Positions 1-13,669 are shown, counted from the first letter of the stretch. The stretch is 64,000 nt of DNA from Amoebidium appalachense (GCA_963693365.1 CAVNZM010000001.1:2372907-2436906), one strand, 5' to 3'. Program-made: numbers and translations. The notes: generated from the sequence alone by a model not told the origin.

Positions 1-846
1 ATCACTCTCTAGCTCGCTACTTGTGTGTTCACTGTCTTCTTCATCTATTAAAGTTAGCTGATGGCGCAGAACTACTTCTGTGGTACCGTCAAAATCAAAC
101 TTTACTTTCCATTCACTGCCTTCGTTTGTCTTGCATCGTTTCACTACTGTGCCAACCAGTATTTGTGTGTCCCAACTCAGGCCGAACTTCTTGTAAGACC
201 AACGTGTGGTGTCATCTGTGAAATCTTCCCCCTGAACCCCGTCAAATATGTATGCAAAACAACAGACACGAGCTCCAGAATAAAGTGACTCTATTGGGTC
301 TAATGTTTTGGCCATGTTGGGCGCTCATCTTTCACATGAAACCCATGGCTTGTTGTGTTCGCGGACTCAGCAAGTTTCGTCCGTTTGATCATGAATCATG
401 TTGTTGTCGAGCATGAATTCAAAAACTTGCAACAGCGTCGGCAACCAATAAAAGCTAGGGAAGGCCTTGTTAGTTACCGTACCAAAGACAAAAAAGGTGT
501 AAACTTATGTTTTCTTACTGGCTGTACAAAAAAAAGCGGGCTCCTGGGCCCCAATAGCTCGCGGTATCCTTCCGAAACAAGCATTCCTAAAGTACTGCGG
601 TCAGAGTACTTATGGCCGCTAAGTTCTCCGATCAGAGTACATTTCGGATGCATCATTGATGTGCGTTTCGAGTGACCTATTTCCATTTTGATAATTGCTG
701 GTCAAGAGGACTGCCGTGTTCTTCGCGTCCACGCACATGTCGTAAAGGGTTTGCGCTGTTTACTCGAGGCAAAGAGACATGCCTTCCACCTTGGTACCGC
801 CAGCGTGTGCATCGTACCAATACACGAGTGCACACATATCCGTGAG

Positions 847-1211
<365 letters not shown>

Positions 1212-1231
1212 CATTCATTGCTTGCCGGAAA

Positions 1232-1750
1232 ATGGCAATTGCAAAGACCAAGCTATCGTCCGTCCACACTCTTCTCAAAAGCCTTCTGCCTGTTGGCAAG
1301 GAAGAGACCGTCAAGCGGCAAATGAGTGACGTTCTCAAGCTGCGTGCGGAAAACACAAACAATGTAATCGACGTGGACCTTCCCGTACCACCAAAACCAC
1401 TCAGTCCCATTCTGGTAAAAAATTCGACGTGGTCCGCAGTTGAAGGTGGCCCCGACGGCGCGTGCCCGCAGGCGTCGAGCACACGAAGCGTGAGGTTTGA
1501 AATAATAGACGATGGGGTGGCTGTGGATGAGACACATACGTACAGCAAGAAGGAATACAAAAGAGGGTCTGCATCGCTGGCTCGGCGTCTGCCCCTTGCA
1601 CCTATGGAAAGAGAGAAGATCAAGCGGGAGATTATCCAGTTTAAGTTGAAGGAAATGAGGGTACACCCTGAGGCACGTGATATGCTGGACCTGCACACGT
1701 GCAGGAAAAGACGCGATTTGGAGAAACTCAACAGCAGCTGGGGTTTGTGA
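1232..1750 (+). CDS. Small protein (172 aa) with a Phactr/Bni4-type C-terminal PP1-binding module
   Basis: ATG at 1232 in frame with ORF 779-1750. The C-terminus RSVRF...VDETHTYSKKEYKR...L...EREKIKREIIQFKLKEMRVHPEAR matches the RVxF...Y.R...L....I..EL..FK..EM.VH..SR pattern of animal Phactr and fungal Bni4 C-termini (recognised from memory). Upstream exons are not excluded. Confidence 0.75.
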   Translation: MAIAKTKLSSVHTLLKSLLPVGKEETVKRQMSDVLKLRAENTNNVIDVDLPVPPKPLSPILVKNSTWSAVEGGPDGACPQASSTRSVRFEIIDDGVAVDETHTYSKKEYKRGSASLARRLPLAPMEREKIKREIIQFKLKEMRVHPEARDMLDLHTCRKRRDLEKLNSSWGL

Positions 1751-2809
1751 TGGGCTGGTTGACGTACACGGTAACAGGTTTGCATACACCAGTACTTTGT
1801 ATGTTATGCTGGCAAATGGATGGGTGATCATGCCGTACAACTCAAAACCGTACAACCGTACAACCGTACAACTCAAAAAAAAGAGTGTGTGTGTGACGAT
1901 TCGTGGGGAGCAATCTAATTGAGAGAGACGAGGAGGCCGAACGAGGCACAAAACGACGGACTAGGCAGGCTTTATTAAATGTGAGGGAACTTAGGAAAAA
2001 AAGGACTCGGCGACGGGAGAACGGGCCGGCAGGACTGGGGGAGGGGAAGGTGGGGGGAGGGGGGAGGGGGGGAGGGGGGGGGGGGGGGGGGGGGGGAGGG
2101 AGGTTTAGGGGTGCGGCATGTGAGTATGTGTTTTATATGACCATTATTTAGAGCTTCTAAAACCATTTAGTAGATGGCATATGCATGATATACACCCGAT
2201 ACCGTATTTCAAATCATCAAATCGATCATCGGCTTCGTTATTACACAAGTTAACTTGTGTATGATGTACTACGATAAGCATACTATATTCATTGTAAACG
2301 GTAGCATCTTTCCCAAAAGTTATCTTCATGTGCTGAGCTTCTCCGGATCACTTTTTTTTCTTCAGTTATTCTCGCTTTTCAACACCTCCACAATGTATCC
2401 ATTAGTCTACTAGTCACTGAGTATAAGAATCTTATGGATTACTAGGCCTCTGCAAAACACAGATTAGACGAGAGTCATACACTATTTAGTTAAGTTACTA
2501 GCACCGCAGGATGTCATATTTAGTCACTGAATCAACCATATAAAATGCCTTGTGGGTGAATGGGAGGGTGTGTTGGGGCGGGCCGGGGAAGGGGGAGGGG
2601 GGGGGGAAGGGGAGGGGAGGGGGGAGGGGGGGGAGGGGAGGGGGGAGGGAAGGGAGGGAGGGAAGGGAGTACCGGAACTTGGTAGAGTAGTATGCACCGT
2701 AGTAATACGGACCTGGTGATCATTGCTAAGTATCAGACCCGGACTGACCCTTGAAGTCCAGAAGAGTTTGTTCGGCAACATGAGACACACTTGAACTACA
2801 CAATACATA

Positions 2810-2901
<92 letters not shown>

Positions 2902-3200
2902 CACATGCGCATACTCCGAGCACGCATGCAACCTCGCTCGCAATGATGCATGCAGGCAAGCAGTGCACACATGCGGCACACACACACACCCAGGCGCAGG
3001 GGGGTTACGCACTAACGCACATGTTATCTCGCCCATTATGTGCACACAGTGAGGGCCTGGCAATGGAGGTCAGGGATGCATGGACAGGCACCGACGCGTG
3101 CTGTATGCATAACCCGTGATAGGTGCAATTAAGCTCACGCACATGTACGCACACGCATGTGCACCCTAGTACACATGTGCACACACACACACACACACAC

Positions 3201-3257
<57 letters not shown>

Positions 3258-3361
3258 CACATACCTACAAACACACACACACAAACACGCACATATACGT
3301 ACATACACACACACACACACACACACATCCAGGCGCATTCGCGCGCGCACACACCACACAC

Positions 3362-3460
<99 letters not shown>

Positions 3461-4152
3461 CGGGTGTGTGCACATATCCTTACATACCAATCCACAACAA
3501 CACACAAATACATACGTATACACATGCACACAGACACGCGTGCGTGCGCACACATCCACGCACGTACACGCAGAGGCACACGTGAATCGACCTATGGCAT
3601 ATTGGATCGATCATCGGTATGGGATGGTGTGTGTGGGGAGTACGTGGGTGGGGGGTTAATTGGTAAAATGTGGGCAGGTGGGGCGAGATCTGGGGAGGGA
3701 ACGGATTAGATGGTGGGAGATGGAGTGGTTGAAAGGTGTAGGATAGGGGGAGGGAGGGAGGGGGGGGGGGAGGGGGGGGCTGGGTAAGGGAAGGGGGGGG
3801 ATTTGGGTGGTTGGGTGGGTGTTGGTTGGGTGGATGGGTAGAGGTTGGGTAGTTAAGGGATTCGGGTGCTCGAGAGATGGGTGGAAGGGGAGGGGTTAGT
3901 ATTCTACATGGGTGGTGATGATAGTGGTGGTAGGTGGTGTGGGGAGAAGGGGCAGGGAAGAGGGAGGGGAGGGAGGGGGGAGGGGACGCTAACGGATTTC
4001 TTTGCATGCATAGCTTTCAAAGTTTGTTATATAACTACGTGGTCACTGCTGTTCTTTTTTTCTCATTTTCTTTTCCTTTTCTTCCAAGGCTTTCTTTCTT
4101 GCTTTCTTTCTTTCTTTCTTTCTTTCCTTTTTCTTTTCTTTTTTTTTTTTTT

Positions 4153-4193
<41 letters not shown>

Positions 4194-4534
4194 GGAGGGA
4201 GAGAGGGAGGGAGGGGGGAAAGAGGGGGGTGGGGGTGGGGGTGGGGGTGGGGCAGGGAGGGGGGATCCGGAGCCTGACCCAGTGACTCTTGAAACTCTTC
4301 TTTATATAAACGCAACAGTGCAAATTTTGAGTAACCCCGTTTACCTTCCCCTTCTCTCGCGATTCCCCCGACACCCCCTCTTTTTTTTTTGCGGCAAGGG
4401 CGCAGGGAGGAGTAACGGGGGCAAAGGGTAATCGCTTGCTATGAAACGGTGCTGAAACGTAACATGCATTTGCCAGAATTCGTGCATGCACGGGGCGGGA
4501 AGGGGGGGGGGGGGGGGGGGGAGGAGGAGGAGGA

Positions 4535-4565
<31 letters not shown>

Positions 4566-4842
4566 AGTAACGCACATTACATAAGGAGCCCAAAGGTGTT
4601 GCTGATTGGTCACATGTTGCACTTGCACTAAAAAAACGCGAAATTTTAGCCGAGCCCCCCCTCCTGAAGGGACATATCAGGCAAAGAGGACCTTCCATTT
4701 ATCACACTGTTTACCACAGCAATGATTTCCTTTTGTCATGTGTGTGTGTGGGTTGGTGGGTGAGGGGCATTATTGGGAACCCGGAAAAGGCACAGAAACT
4801 CCTGGGGTGACTACACTACGAACACGGGCATGTGTTCTCGCG

Positions 4843-4874
<32 letters not shown>

Positions 4875-5422
4875 ATATTTTCCAGTATTATATTGTTTAC
4901 AGGTTCCATATGGGTCGAGCCACGTTTATTAACAGGTTCCATATGGATCGAGCCACGTTTAAAGTTTAAATTTAATTGCGGCAACATCCCGCCATTAAAC
5001 CCTCACAGAGGGAGGGAGGAGCCGTTACATTCACCAAAAGAACATTGACTGCTTATACACGTCCGTAGGTCACGGGTCAACAAAGCATCGGCAAACACAC
5101 TTCTGCCATTTAACCCTCACAGAGGGAAGGAAGGTTACCTAAAACATTCTTAACAGTGGTTGTAATTATATGTTCATTAGAATTTAAATTTCCGGCTGAC
5201 AAAAATAAGTATATCTAGCGCTGCGCCCGAAAGTGCAGTCATGCTATTCTTGCGCTGCTATTATACATAAATTTCAGAAAAAGGAAAAACATGGGTGGGT
5301 GGACGCAAAAGACAGAAAAAAAGGCACCCACTCACCCCTATCATCACACAAATGGAACTGCAGCGCCAGCTAGCAGCCCCCGACGACAAAGTCCAAAATA
5401 TTCCTTGAAATCTACTTTACAG

Positions 5423-6760
5423 CTAGCGCTCATTCCCACTAGTGGTCAGGGCCGTGTATGCGTCTATCAGTCTGCATAGCTCAGCAACCAGCTGCCCATT
5501 GCTCTCCACCCCGCTCTCTGCAAGTGCAGGCCCACTCACAGGCACATGCACGTGCTCTTGAGGCGCAGGCACAGAGCGACTATTCTCAGCCAGCCAGCCA
5601 TTGGCCAGGGCCACACACACAACTGCATCCACCGTTTCAGCTGCCGTGCTGCGATGGTTTGTTACAGGGGGGGCTGAGTAGGTGTTCATAAAGTGGTTGT
5701 CTGGGAGCAGGCCAGCCAGGGCCGGGGTGGCCAAGTACTTTCTGCGGGGGGTGAGTGCCTCGTACTGGCTGCTGAGGGACCGGGCCAGGGCATCGCTGCT
5801 GTTGTGAAGGGTCACGGGGTGGGGGCTTGGTGAGCTCGTGTCGGTGCGTGCGGAAGGGAACCCCGGTTCCGATTTCACGCTGTGAAGGGGGGAGGGGCGA
5901 TGGAAGGAGGGGGCTGACTGCCGCCGAGAGGCCCTCTCCTCAGCTGTGTCTGGAGAGGGGAGTGACCTCCGCAGGGTGCCCAGTGGTGACGACGTTGCGC
6001 GGTTAAACTGCGGCCGGCGTGTGCGGCCGAAGGCCTGGAGCTGTGTGTCGTGGGCCAGAGTTGGCAGAGACTCGAAAGACGACGGCAGGTCCAGGTGGCA
6101 TAGCTCGTCCTCCCACAAAAACCGCGGGTCACCCTCCCTTGCAAGGGTTAAAAGCGCTGCCTCTGCCTCTGTTCCTTCCTGCCCTGACAGCCCGAGCACC
6201 TCCAGGGCCGAAGATATAACGCTATTTGCTTGGTGCTCCCCGGCCGAATGGGGGGAACGCGACAGATCTTCGTCGATCGACATGTTTCCAATGAGCGCAT
6301 TCATACTGTCCACACCCCCTAGTTGGGTGGCGCTGGTTGGGTACGTGGCTGGTGTTGCATCGTTGTGTTTAAGGCGAAGGTGGTGGTTAAGGGAGGCGTT
6401 GCTTGCATACAGCCGGCCGCAGTCTGGAAAAGGGCAGGCATGCTCACGCACGAGATCTTGCTTTGATCTGCGCTGACGCTTGTAAAAGAATATGTTGTGC
6501 TTCATACGCATGTGAAGGATCATGGCTGAAGCACTAGCGTACATCTTTGTGCAGCCGGGCATACGACATGGCACATTTCTCATCACTTGGGAAGCCGATC
6601 CCCTCCGCCGTTTGCCCTTGTCCTCTTCATCACTATGAAAGCTGAAGCCATCGTCTTGCTCCCGTGAGTCTGCTACATAGCTTGCAGGGGAGCTCGTGGC
6701 GCTGGCATCGTTAAAGCACTCACCGAAGGATGAGCTGCTGTCGGTGGTTGGGAGAGCCAT
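5423..6760 (-). CDS. C2H2 zinc-finger protein (two fingers), putative transcription factor, 445 aa, single exon
   Basis: Long non-repetitive ORF with CRMPGCTKMYASASAMILHMRMKH and CPFPDCGRLYASNASLNHHLRLKH, basic NLS-like stretches and an S/P-rich tail. Confidence 0.9.
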   Translation of the reverse strand: MALPTTDSSSSFGECFNDASATSSPASYVADSREQDDGFSFHSDEEDKGKRRRGSASQVMRNVPCRMPGCTKMYASASAMILHMRMKHNIFFYKRQRRSKQDLVREHACPFPDCGRLYASNASLNHHLRLKHNDATPATYPTSATQLGGVDSMNALIGNMSIDEDLSRSPHSAGEHQANSVISSALEVLGLSGQEGTEAEAALLTLAREGDPRFLWEDELCHLDLPSSFESLPTLAHDTQLQAFGRTRRPQFNRATSSPLGTLRRSLPSPDTAEERASRRQSAPSFHRPSPLHSVKSEPGFPSARTDTSSPSPHPVTLHNSSDALARSLSSQYEALTPRRKYLATPALAGLLPDNHFMNTYSAPPVTNHRSTAAETVDAVVCVALANGWLAENSRSVPAPQEHVHVPVSGPALAESGVESNGQLVAELCRLIDAYTALTTSGNER

Positions 6761-8911
6761 GTTTCCTACAACTAACTACCAGCTGGACCGAGAGAGGGTG
6801 CTGGGGGACATGTCCATGGGGCAATACCAAGGACGCTGACGTGCCTAAGCAGTGCCAGCTGTGTATGTGTGTGTGTTTGTGCTCTTTACAGGAAATAGGA
6901 AAAAGAGTGTAAGAGAAGCTAACAGACCGTAAATCTATTTCCCCAACGGTAAGGATGTAGGGGAGATTGAGCTTACAAATCACACGTATAAACTTTCTTG
7001 GGGTCGTTGGTGAAGTGAGGCGGTGTGCCGGTGTTTTGTTCTGTGCAGTATTGGCATGCACCTTTTGAAAAGTGGTGTAAAACATGAAAAAGTGTGCTAA
7101 GACTGATAGGATCGACCTTTTTTTATTGGCCTTCCCTTTCTTTATGGTCACCGTGAAGTTGTCTTGCGGACTTTGTTATGAACACAAGCGTCCAATAGGA
7201 ACGCAGAGAAAGTGTGATTGATTAGGTTATGTGATTTATATCGAATAGGAAGCGAGCTGCATGCTGCATGCGCGGCTATTTTATTACAGCTGTGTAGAAA
7301 GGACCATCATAGACTTCTAGTGATTTAGAGCCAAACCGACACCAAACGGACACCAGCATGCGTTGTGTTTCAAATACAAGAATACTAGAAAATTTATACT
7401 GAAGAAATACTAGGGGCAGTTGGAGTATTTTTGATGTGGTTCGTCGCCTGAATCTAGCCGCTCACTGCGGTACAGTACTGCATGCAGACGCGTCTCACAC
7501 AATCTCCTTCAGCCAATCACCTTGCTATCTGGAATCTTTCCGCATAAGCCAATCATGATCATGTTTGAAATATCCTTGTTCACCTAGATAGATTGGAGAC
7601 TCTGGAGAGTCCAGGGCCGCCTGGCGTACATATCCGTCTCAGGTGGTTCAGTGAGGCAGTGAATCCACGCGGCTACTACAACGTATGATACAGTATGCAA
7701 ACATTTACAGCACAAATGCCTTGAGTTATTGTATTTATATATATTAATGGTTCAATATATACGGCAGTTAGAACAATAATCTATGCTATATGAGTGAACG
7801 TGCCAGCGCCCGGGCGCCACTGGGCCACCTGCGCACGCACAGTGCACGTGCGTACCAGCCGTGACGGTGCCCGCCGCTGGCGCCAGCCTGGCATGCATGC
7901 AGGCAAGTGGTGTGCCCGTGGCGAGGCTTGCGGGAGCTGCACGTAAATAATGCAAGAAGAGAGATTCTGGTTTGCTGAGTAGTTAGATTTTTACAATAAT
8001 ACACTCAAAACTTCTGGGAAAAGGGGTATGCTTTCTAAAAAACATTCCACAGTTCTCTCTGCTGGTCTATGGGGACAAAGGAGAAAAGGATCCGAAGATG
8101 CGCCAGTCGTATTTGCATTCAGCACATTTGGAAGACCAATCCGAGACATCATCTTTGATGAGCAGCGCTCATTGGTTCCTGGAAAGATCTAAGAAGCTGT
8201 CAGCTATTCAATTAATGACGTCAATAGCTCATTATGGAAGCAAAAGTATAGGCCGCTATTTACACCACCAACTGGGCAAGGCCTCCTAAATAGCACACCG
8301 CTTTAGGAGGCCTTGCAACCTTCGGCATGCAGACTGCGAGCCGGGTGGGGAGGCCAGGCATGGATGCATAACAAGGGGAAGCAATGGGGTGTTGTTTGTT
8401 TGGGTGAATTTTCGGTGAACTTGAATCATCTTCTATATGTATGTGTAAGGGTTTAAGGGGGGTTTCTGTGTATGGTGGCTGGTTCACCATATCAAAAGGG
8501 CAGTTTTTCAGCGACTTTTTATTTGTTGTGGCGATGTGCTACACGACTCTTTGTTCTTCTAATCACTTACATGTTTTTCCTTAAGAATACATATGTGTTG
8601 TGTTTGGTAGTGTTTGCCTATAATGCAGGCTGCATCGTTATGCGCCTGCATAACCAGGAGATGGTGACCACAACAACATCGATGCATACCTAATTCTAGT
8701 CATGGCCGTGATGGTCCTATTTGTCCTCCCATCCTTTTAGTTTAACAGTACCAGCAACCTTCTTCCATATCCAATTGCATTGCCTATGTTGTCACAGAGT
8801 TTGCCTAGTTGGTGTATCCATTTTACCCCAATGTTAAGCTACCCCTGCACCATTGTTGTCGCCTGCGCCATTTCCACTGCGGAAGCTGGTGAAGTCAATG
8901 TTTTGGGCCCT

Positions 8912-9355
8912 TCACATGCGTTTCTTAGGAGTGGTGTTGATGTCCAAGTCCCTGTTGAACAAAAGGTGCATGGAGATGATGTCGGTCTCAATGTGTAGAG
9001 TCCAGGGGGGCAGGGCCTGCTTGTTGAGTGTTTTACGCTCCTCCAGGTACTTGACGTTTTCTGTTGCGAATATTTGTGTCAAATGTTTGTTATTTGCCTT
9101 ATTGTAATATCCCCCCTCCCCCCTCCCCCCCCCCCCCCCCCCCCCCTCTTCTCACTGTCTGTCTTCCTGTCTCTCTCTCCCTCCCCCACTGATCCACCCA
9201 CCCTTTTTCTTCAACAGAACCAACCAACCATCCCAGCATCCTGAAACCAAAAAAAAACAAAAAAAACAAATGCACATGATTTGAACCCAGTACACTGTGT
9301 CGATTTTAATAACAGTTATAGTTCTCACTACTATTTTTATACCAGATACCAGGAG

Positions 9356-9387
<32 letters not shown>

Positions 9388-10135
9388 CGTGGGAAAGGGG
9401 TGAGGGATGGGCATTGGTGGGGGTGGGATTCACATGTGGGTGGGTAAAGGGTGGGTTGGGCAAAAGGGTGAGAGATTGGGTACAGGGGAAGGGGGGGGGG
9501 GGGGGGGGGGGGGGGGGGGATGTGGGGGGGAGTGGGGGGGGGGAATGGTTTCAGCAATATACATATGTGTCACCCGGATACCGGTAATCTGAACGGCCAT
9601 ATCAACATTTGGTAGGTTCCGGAAGTTAGTGAGCCCAGACATGAACCCGCAAACTTCTTGAAAGGTGTTCATGTCTGTCTGCCCGCCCTGAAGAGTGACC
9701 TTAACCTCCATGTTGCGGTCCAGGCGAAATGTGGCCTTCTTGAAGTCGTCTTGGTCGTTGGCTGCCAATGGTGTAATGATGGGGTAACTGAATGCAGGGG
9801 GGATTGCAGGGACGGGTGGATTGGCAAGGAAGTTGCCGTTGGCGAAGTTGGCAGAGATGACTTCGGTGATCTGCGTCCAATTGGCAGCCACTGCCTGGTA
9901 CAGGCTATTTTCCTGTAGTGATTGATGATAAAGGGAAGGTAGGGGAGGTTTGTGTTTTGGGGGTTGCGTGGGTGGGGGTGAATGGCAAAGGTAATGAAGG
10001 GTGGGGGGGGGGGGGGGGGGAGGGGGGGGGGGGGGGGGGAAGGGGAGTAACTTGAAAAGGAAGGGATGTGGGGGAAAATATAATTGTGGGGCATTGGGGC
10101 ATAAGTAATGGGGTGGGGTTAACAACAGATTACTG

Positions 10136-10201
<66 letters not shown>

Positions 10202-10677
10202 TGTGTGTGTATTTGGTGACAGTGTGTGTGTATGTATGATTGTGTGTGTGTGTGTGTGTGTGTGTTCGGGAGTGTGTGACGTGAGTGTGTGTGTGTGTGG
10301 GAATTTGTTTTTGTGTGTGTGTTTTCTTTTGTTTCCCTACTGGTAGTGGGGGCAAAGAGGGGGGGGGAGGGGGGGAGGGGATGGGGGGAATGAAGGTGAA
10401 TAATGTGGGTGAGTTTTCTGTGTGGCCGGGAGGGGGGGGGGGGGGGGGAGGGGGGGGGGGGGGGGGGGGGGGGGTTGTAGAGTATAGGTGTGGAAGGCGG
10501 TAATAATGTGGGGAGGGGGAACAATATAGTGAGGCCAGATAGGTGGGTGAAAGGGTATAGAGAGAAGGGGAAAAAGAGCAAAGGGGAGAGGGTGAGGGGA
10601 AACACACACACACATGCACATACACACACACACACACACTATCACACACACAATAACAAACACACACACACACACAA

Positions 10678-10761
<84 letters not shown>

Positions 10762-11302
10762 ACACTGTAACCAAACTAACACACACACACTCTCTTACAT
10801 ACACGCAGACTCACCCACACACACACATACATGCACACACACCGTGACACACACACACACACACATTCACTCACACACACACACACACTGGCACACACTC
10901 ACACACACACACACAGACACACACTGTAACCAAACTAACACACACACTCTCTCTTACATACACTGTCAGACACACCTACACACACATACACACACACACG
11001 CGCGCGCGCGCGCGCACACACACACACACACACACTAACCGACGTACCCTTTTTTTTATATCCCCACCGCATTTACCATCCCCAATGGCCCCAACTATAT
11101 CTTACCCCACACCCCCTCCTATTCCCACCCACCCACACATACATAGTATACACATTACACACACACACACACACACACACGCATTCACTCACCGTGGCAC
11201 ACTCACTCGCACACCCACACACCCACACAGACACACACTTTTACCAAACTAACACACACTCTCTCTCTTACATACACACAGACACACCCACACACACATA
11301 CA

Positions 11303-11344
<42 letters not shown>

Positions 11345-11593
11345 CACACATCCACACACACACTATCCGTAACCTTTTTTTAAATCCCCGCCGCATTTAC
11401 CATTGCCCAATGGCCACAACTATATCTTCCCCCACACCCCCTCCTATTCCGGGCGCGGGAGGGGGTGGGGGGGGGGGGGGTGTAAAGAGGAAGGGAAAGG
11501 GGGGGGGAGGCGCGGAAACGGTAGTGTGCGGGGGGGGGGGGGGGGGGGGGGGGGGGGGAAAGGGGGAGGGGGGGGAGGGGGCGCGGAAACGGT

Positions 11594-11642
<49 letters not shown>

Positions 11643-11996
11643 GTGGGTTAATAGTAAACGTACCACTGTCACCATGGTATGTGCCATGGGCTCACCCATT
11701 GCGCTGTCAAAACTCACGGCCTGTAGAGCACCAGGGGGGGCCAGAATAATTGAGGCACTTGGTACACCGCTGGGGCGAATTGGCCAGGCAAGGCGTTGGT
11801 CTGTTAAGACCAACGTTGCTTGCTGGCGCACCGGAAACACAACATTTTTTCTGTTGCCAGCCGTGTAAAAACGGCCGGCCTGTGTGTCGATGTTGTAATC
11901 CACATGGCGTGAATCACGGATTGCATCAGCTGCCAAATAAATCGCAGCCAGTGGCTGCAGCTGGTTGGGTGCTTGGTTTGTTTGTCGTCGGCCATT
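8912..11996 (-). CDS. Spliced orphan protein (>=3 exons; 5' end not resolved)
   Basis: Exons ~11996-11664 (donor GTACGT, phase 0), 9912-9582 (CAG acceptor, donor GTATCC, phase 1) and 9060-8912 (CAG acceptor, TGA) join in frame: ...HTMVTV|[12 protein letters not shown]...MAVQIT|[10 protein letters not shown]...TTPKKRM*. No recognisable domain. Confidence 0.7.
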
Positions 11997-13009
11997 CTGT
12001 GGTTTTCATAGGAGCAATTGTCATGTCAATGAAAAGTTACTTTATATAATTTAAAATAAACTTCCAAATCTATGTATCCCCTGTACATTATTGTCGCTGT
12101 TGTTAGTGTGTTTCTGGTTATTGTGTGTTTTGATGTCGCTCAATAAGGCATGAGGAAGTTAACCGTTGGACTTCTGCTACGGCCATCTGATTCGTTCTGG
12201 GTCAAATGCCAGTAAAAATAGTTCGCGGCCCACGGGTTACTGGGGACGCAAGATGTTGGCCCAAACCGTTTCTGGGTCATTTTTCTGATTCGCATCCGAA
12301 AAAGGTAACTTTTTGAATCTATTTGATTGGATCTCGAGATCGGGCTCACCCATATATGGTAGGACTGGATCGAAAAAGCGGGCTAACTAGGGGGGGCTGG
12401 CGGCATATGGCGGGGCGACTGAACGGCGGGCCGGGCCAGGACCGGGCCCGGCTCGCCAATTTGGCATGGGTTCCCTTCATACATGTAGTGTGTCTCGATC
12501 TACAGCCCATGCACGTGCACAGCTCGTACTCAGCTACAGTACGCTCGGCCGGCCCTGCTCACTGGGTTTCACATGCATATGATACTATAGGGCCAACGCC
12601 CGGCGCGCAGCCGCTCGTGGCACTGCACAAGCTGCCCCAGTTTCTCAAGGAAGATGTGCATATTTATTGCTGTATGAAGCAAAAGAAAATCAAAAAAGAA
12701 ACAACTCTACCTCAATGATTGTCACAGCATGTATGCATTCGATGCCATGGCGGTACATACGCTTCGGAGGGCACCCGGGCCCGAGCGAGGCCGCGGCCGT
12801 TTCGGAAGGCTTCAAGCTTTCAGTGGTGGCCCGTGGCACACCCGGGCCCGCGGCCGGCAGTGACCATGATCCAGCCCTTGAATAGGCCTGTAACTCACTT
12901 GCGCCCAGGTTATCATGATATATTGGGGCCCCAGTGAGGGCCCCGAAATAAAGGCCGGGGGGAGGGCCGGAGGTTGGATAGGGGACGGGCGGGGCCCCGG
13001 GGCGGGGCC

Positions 13010-13062
<53 letters not shown>

Positions 13063-13089
13063 GGGGGGGCCGGGGGGGGGCCGGGCGGG

Positions 13090-13127
<38 letters not shown>

Positions 13128-13371
13128 TGCCGCGGAGAAGGCTTGAAAGCTGGGCTCGTACGTGGGCTGTATGTATACATGAACGTATGGCCGACCTAAA
13201 AAATCATCAGCACGACAACAGCTGTACATGTGCAACGGCGCAGCGGACGCACTATCATCATGCTTGTTGTCCGTCATGATCAGTGTATCTGCCCTGCATA
13301 GTGTTTTATGCAGCATAACTCGGTCCTTGATCTGACCGGCATGGCATCATTCCCTTCTCTCTGTCCTCTCT

Positions 13372-13520
<149 letters not shown>

Positions 13521-13669
13521 TATCTTTTGAAAGTGTTCACTCTCCTCCCCCCACCCCCCTCCCCTTTCCCCCCTTCCCCCCGGCGCCCCTATCTCCCCCT
13601 CTAAGATTAGATCAGTGGCTTTCTCTCTCCCCGCTCACACCCCCAACCCGGACTCTATCTCTAGTCTCA

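Noticed and set aside
21-686. Short overlapping ORFs at the window start
   Set aside because: No recognisable motif or consistent splice structure.
2242-2261. 20-bp perfect palindrome TACACAAGTTAACTTGTGTA
   Set aside because: Isolated, with no supporting context.
12690-13316. Proline-rich (formin/WASP-like) 208-aa ORF
   Set aside because: Prolines derive from a G/C-only tract; no FH2/WH2 domain. Could still hide a 5' exon of the orphan gene.
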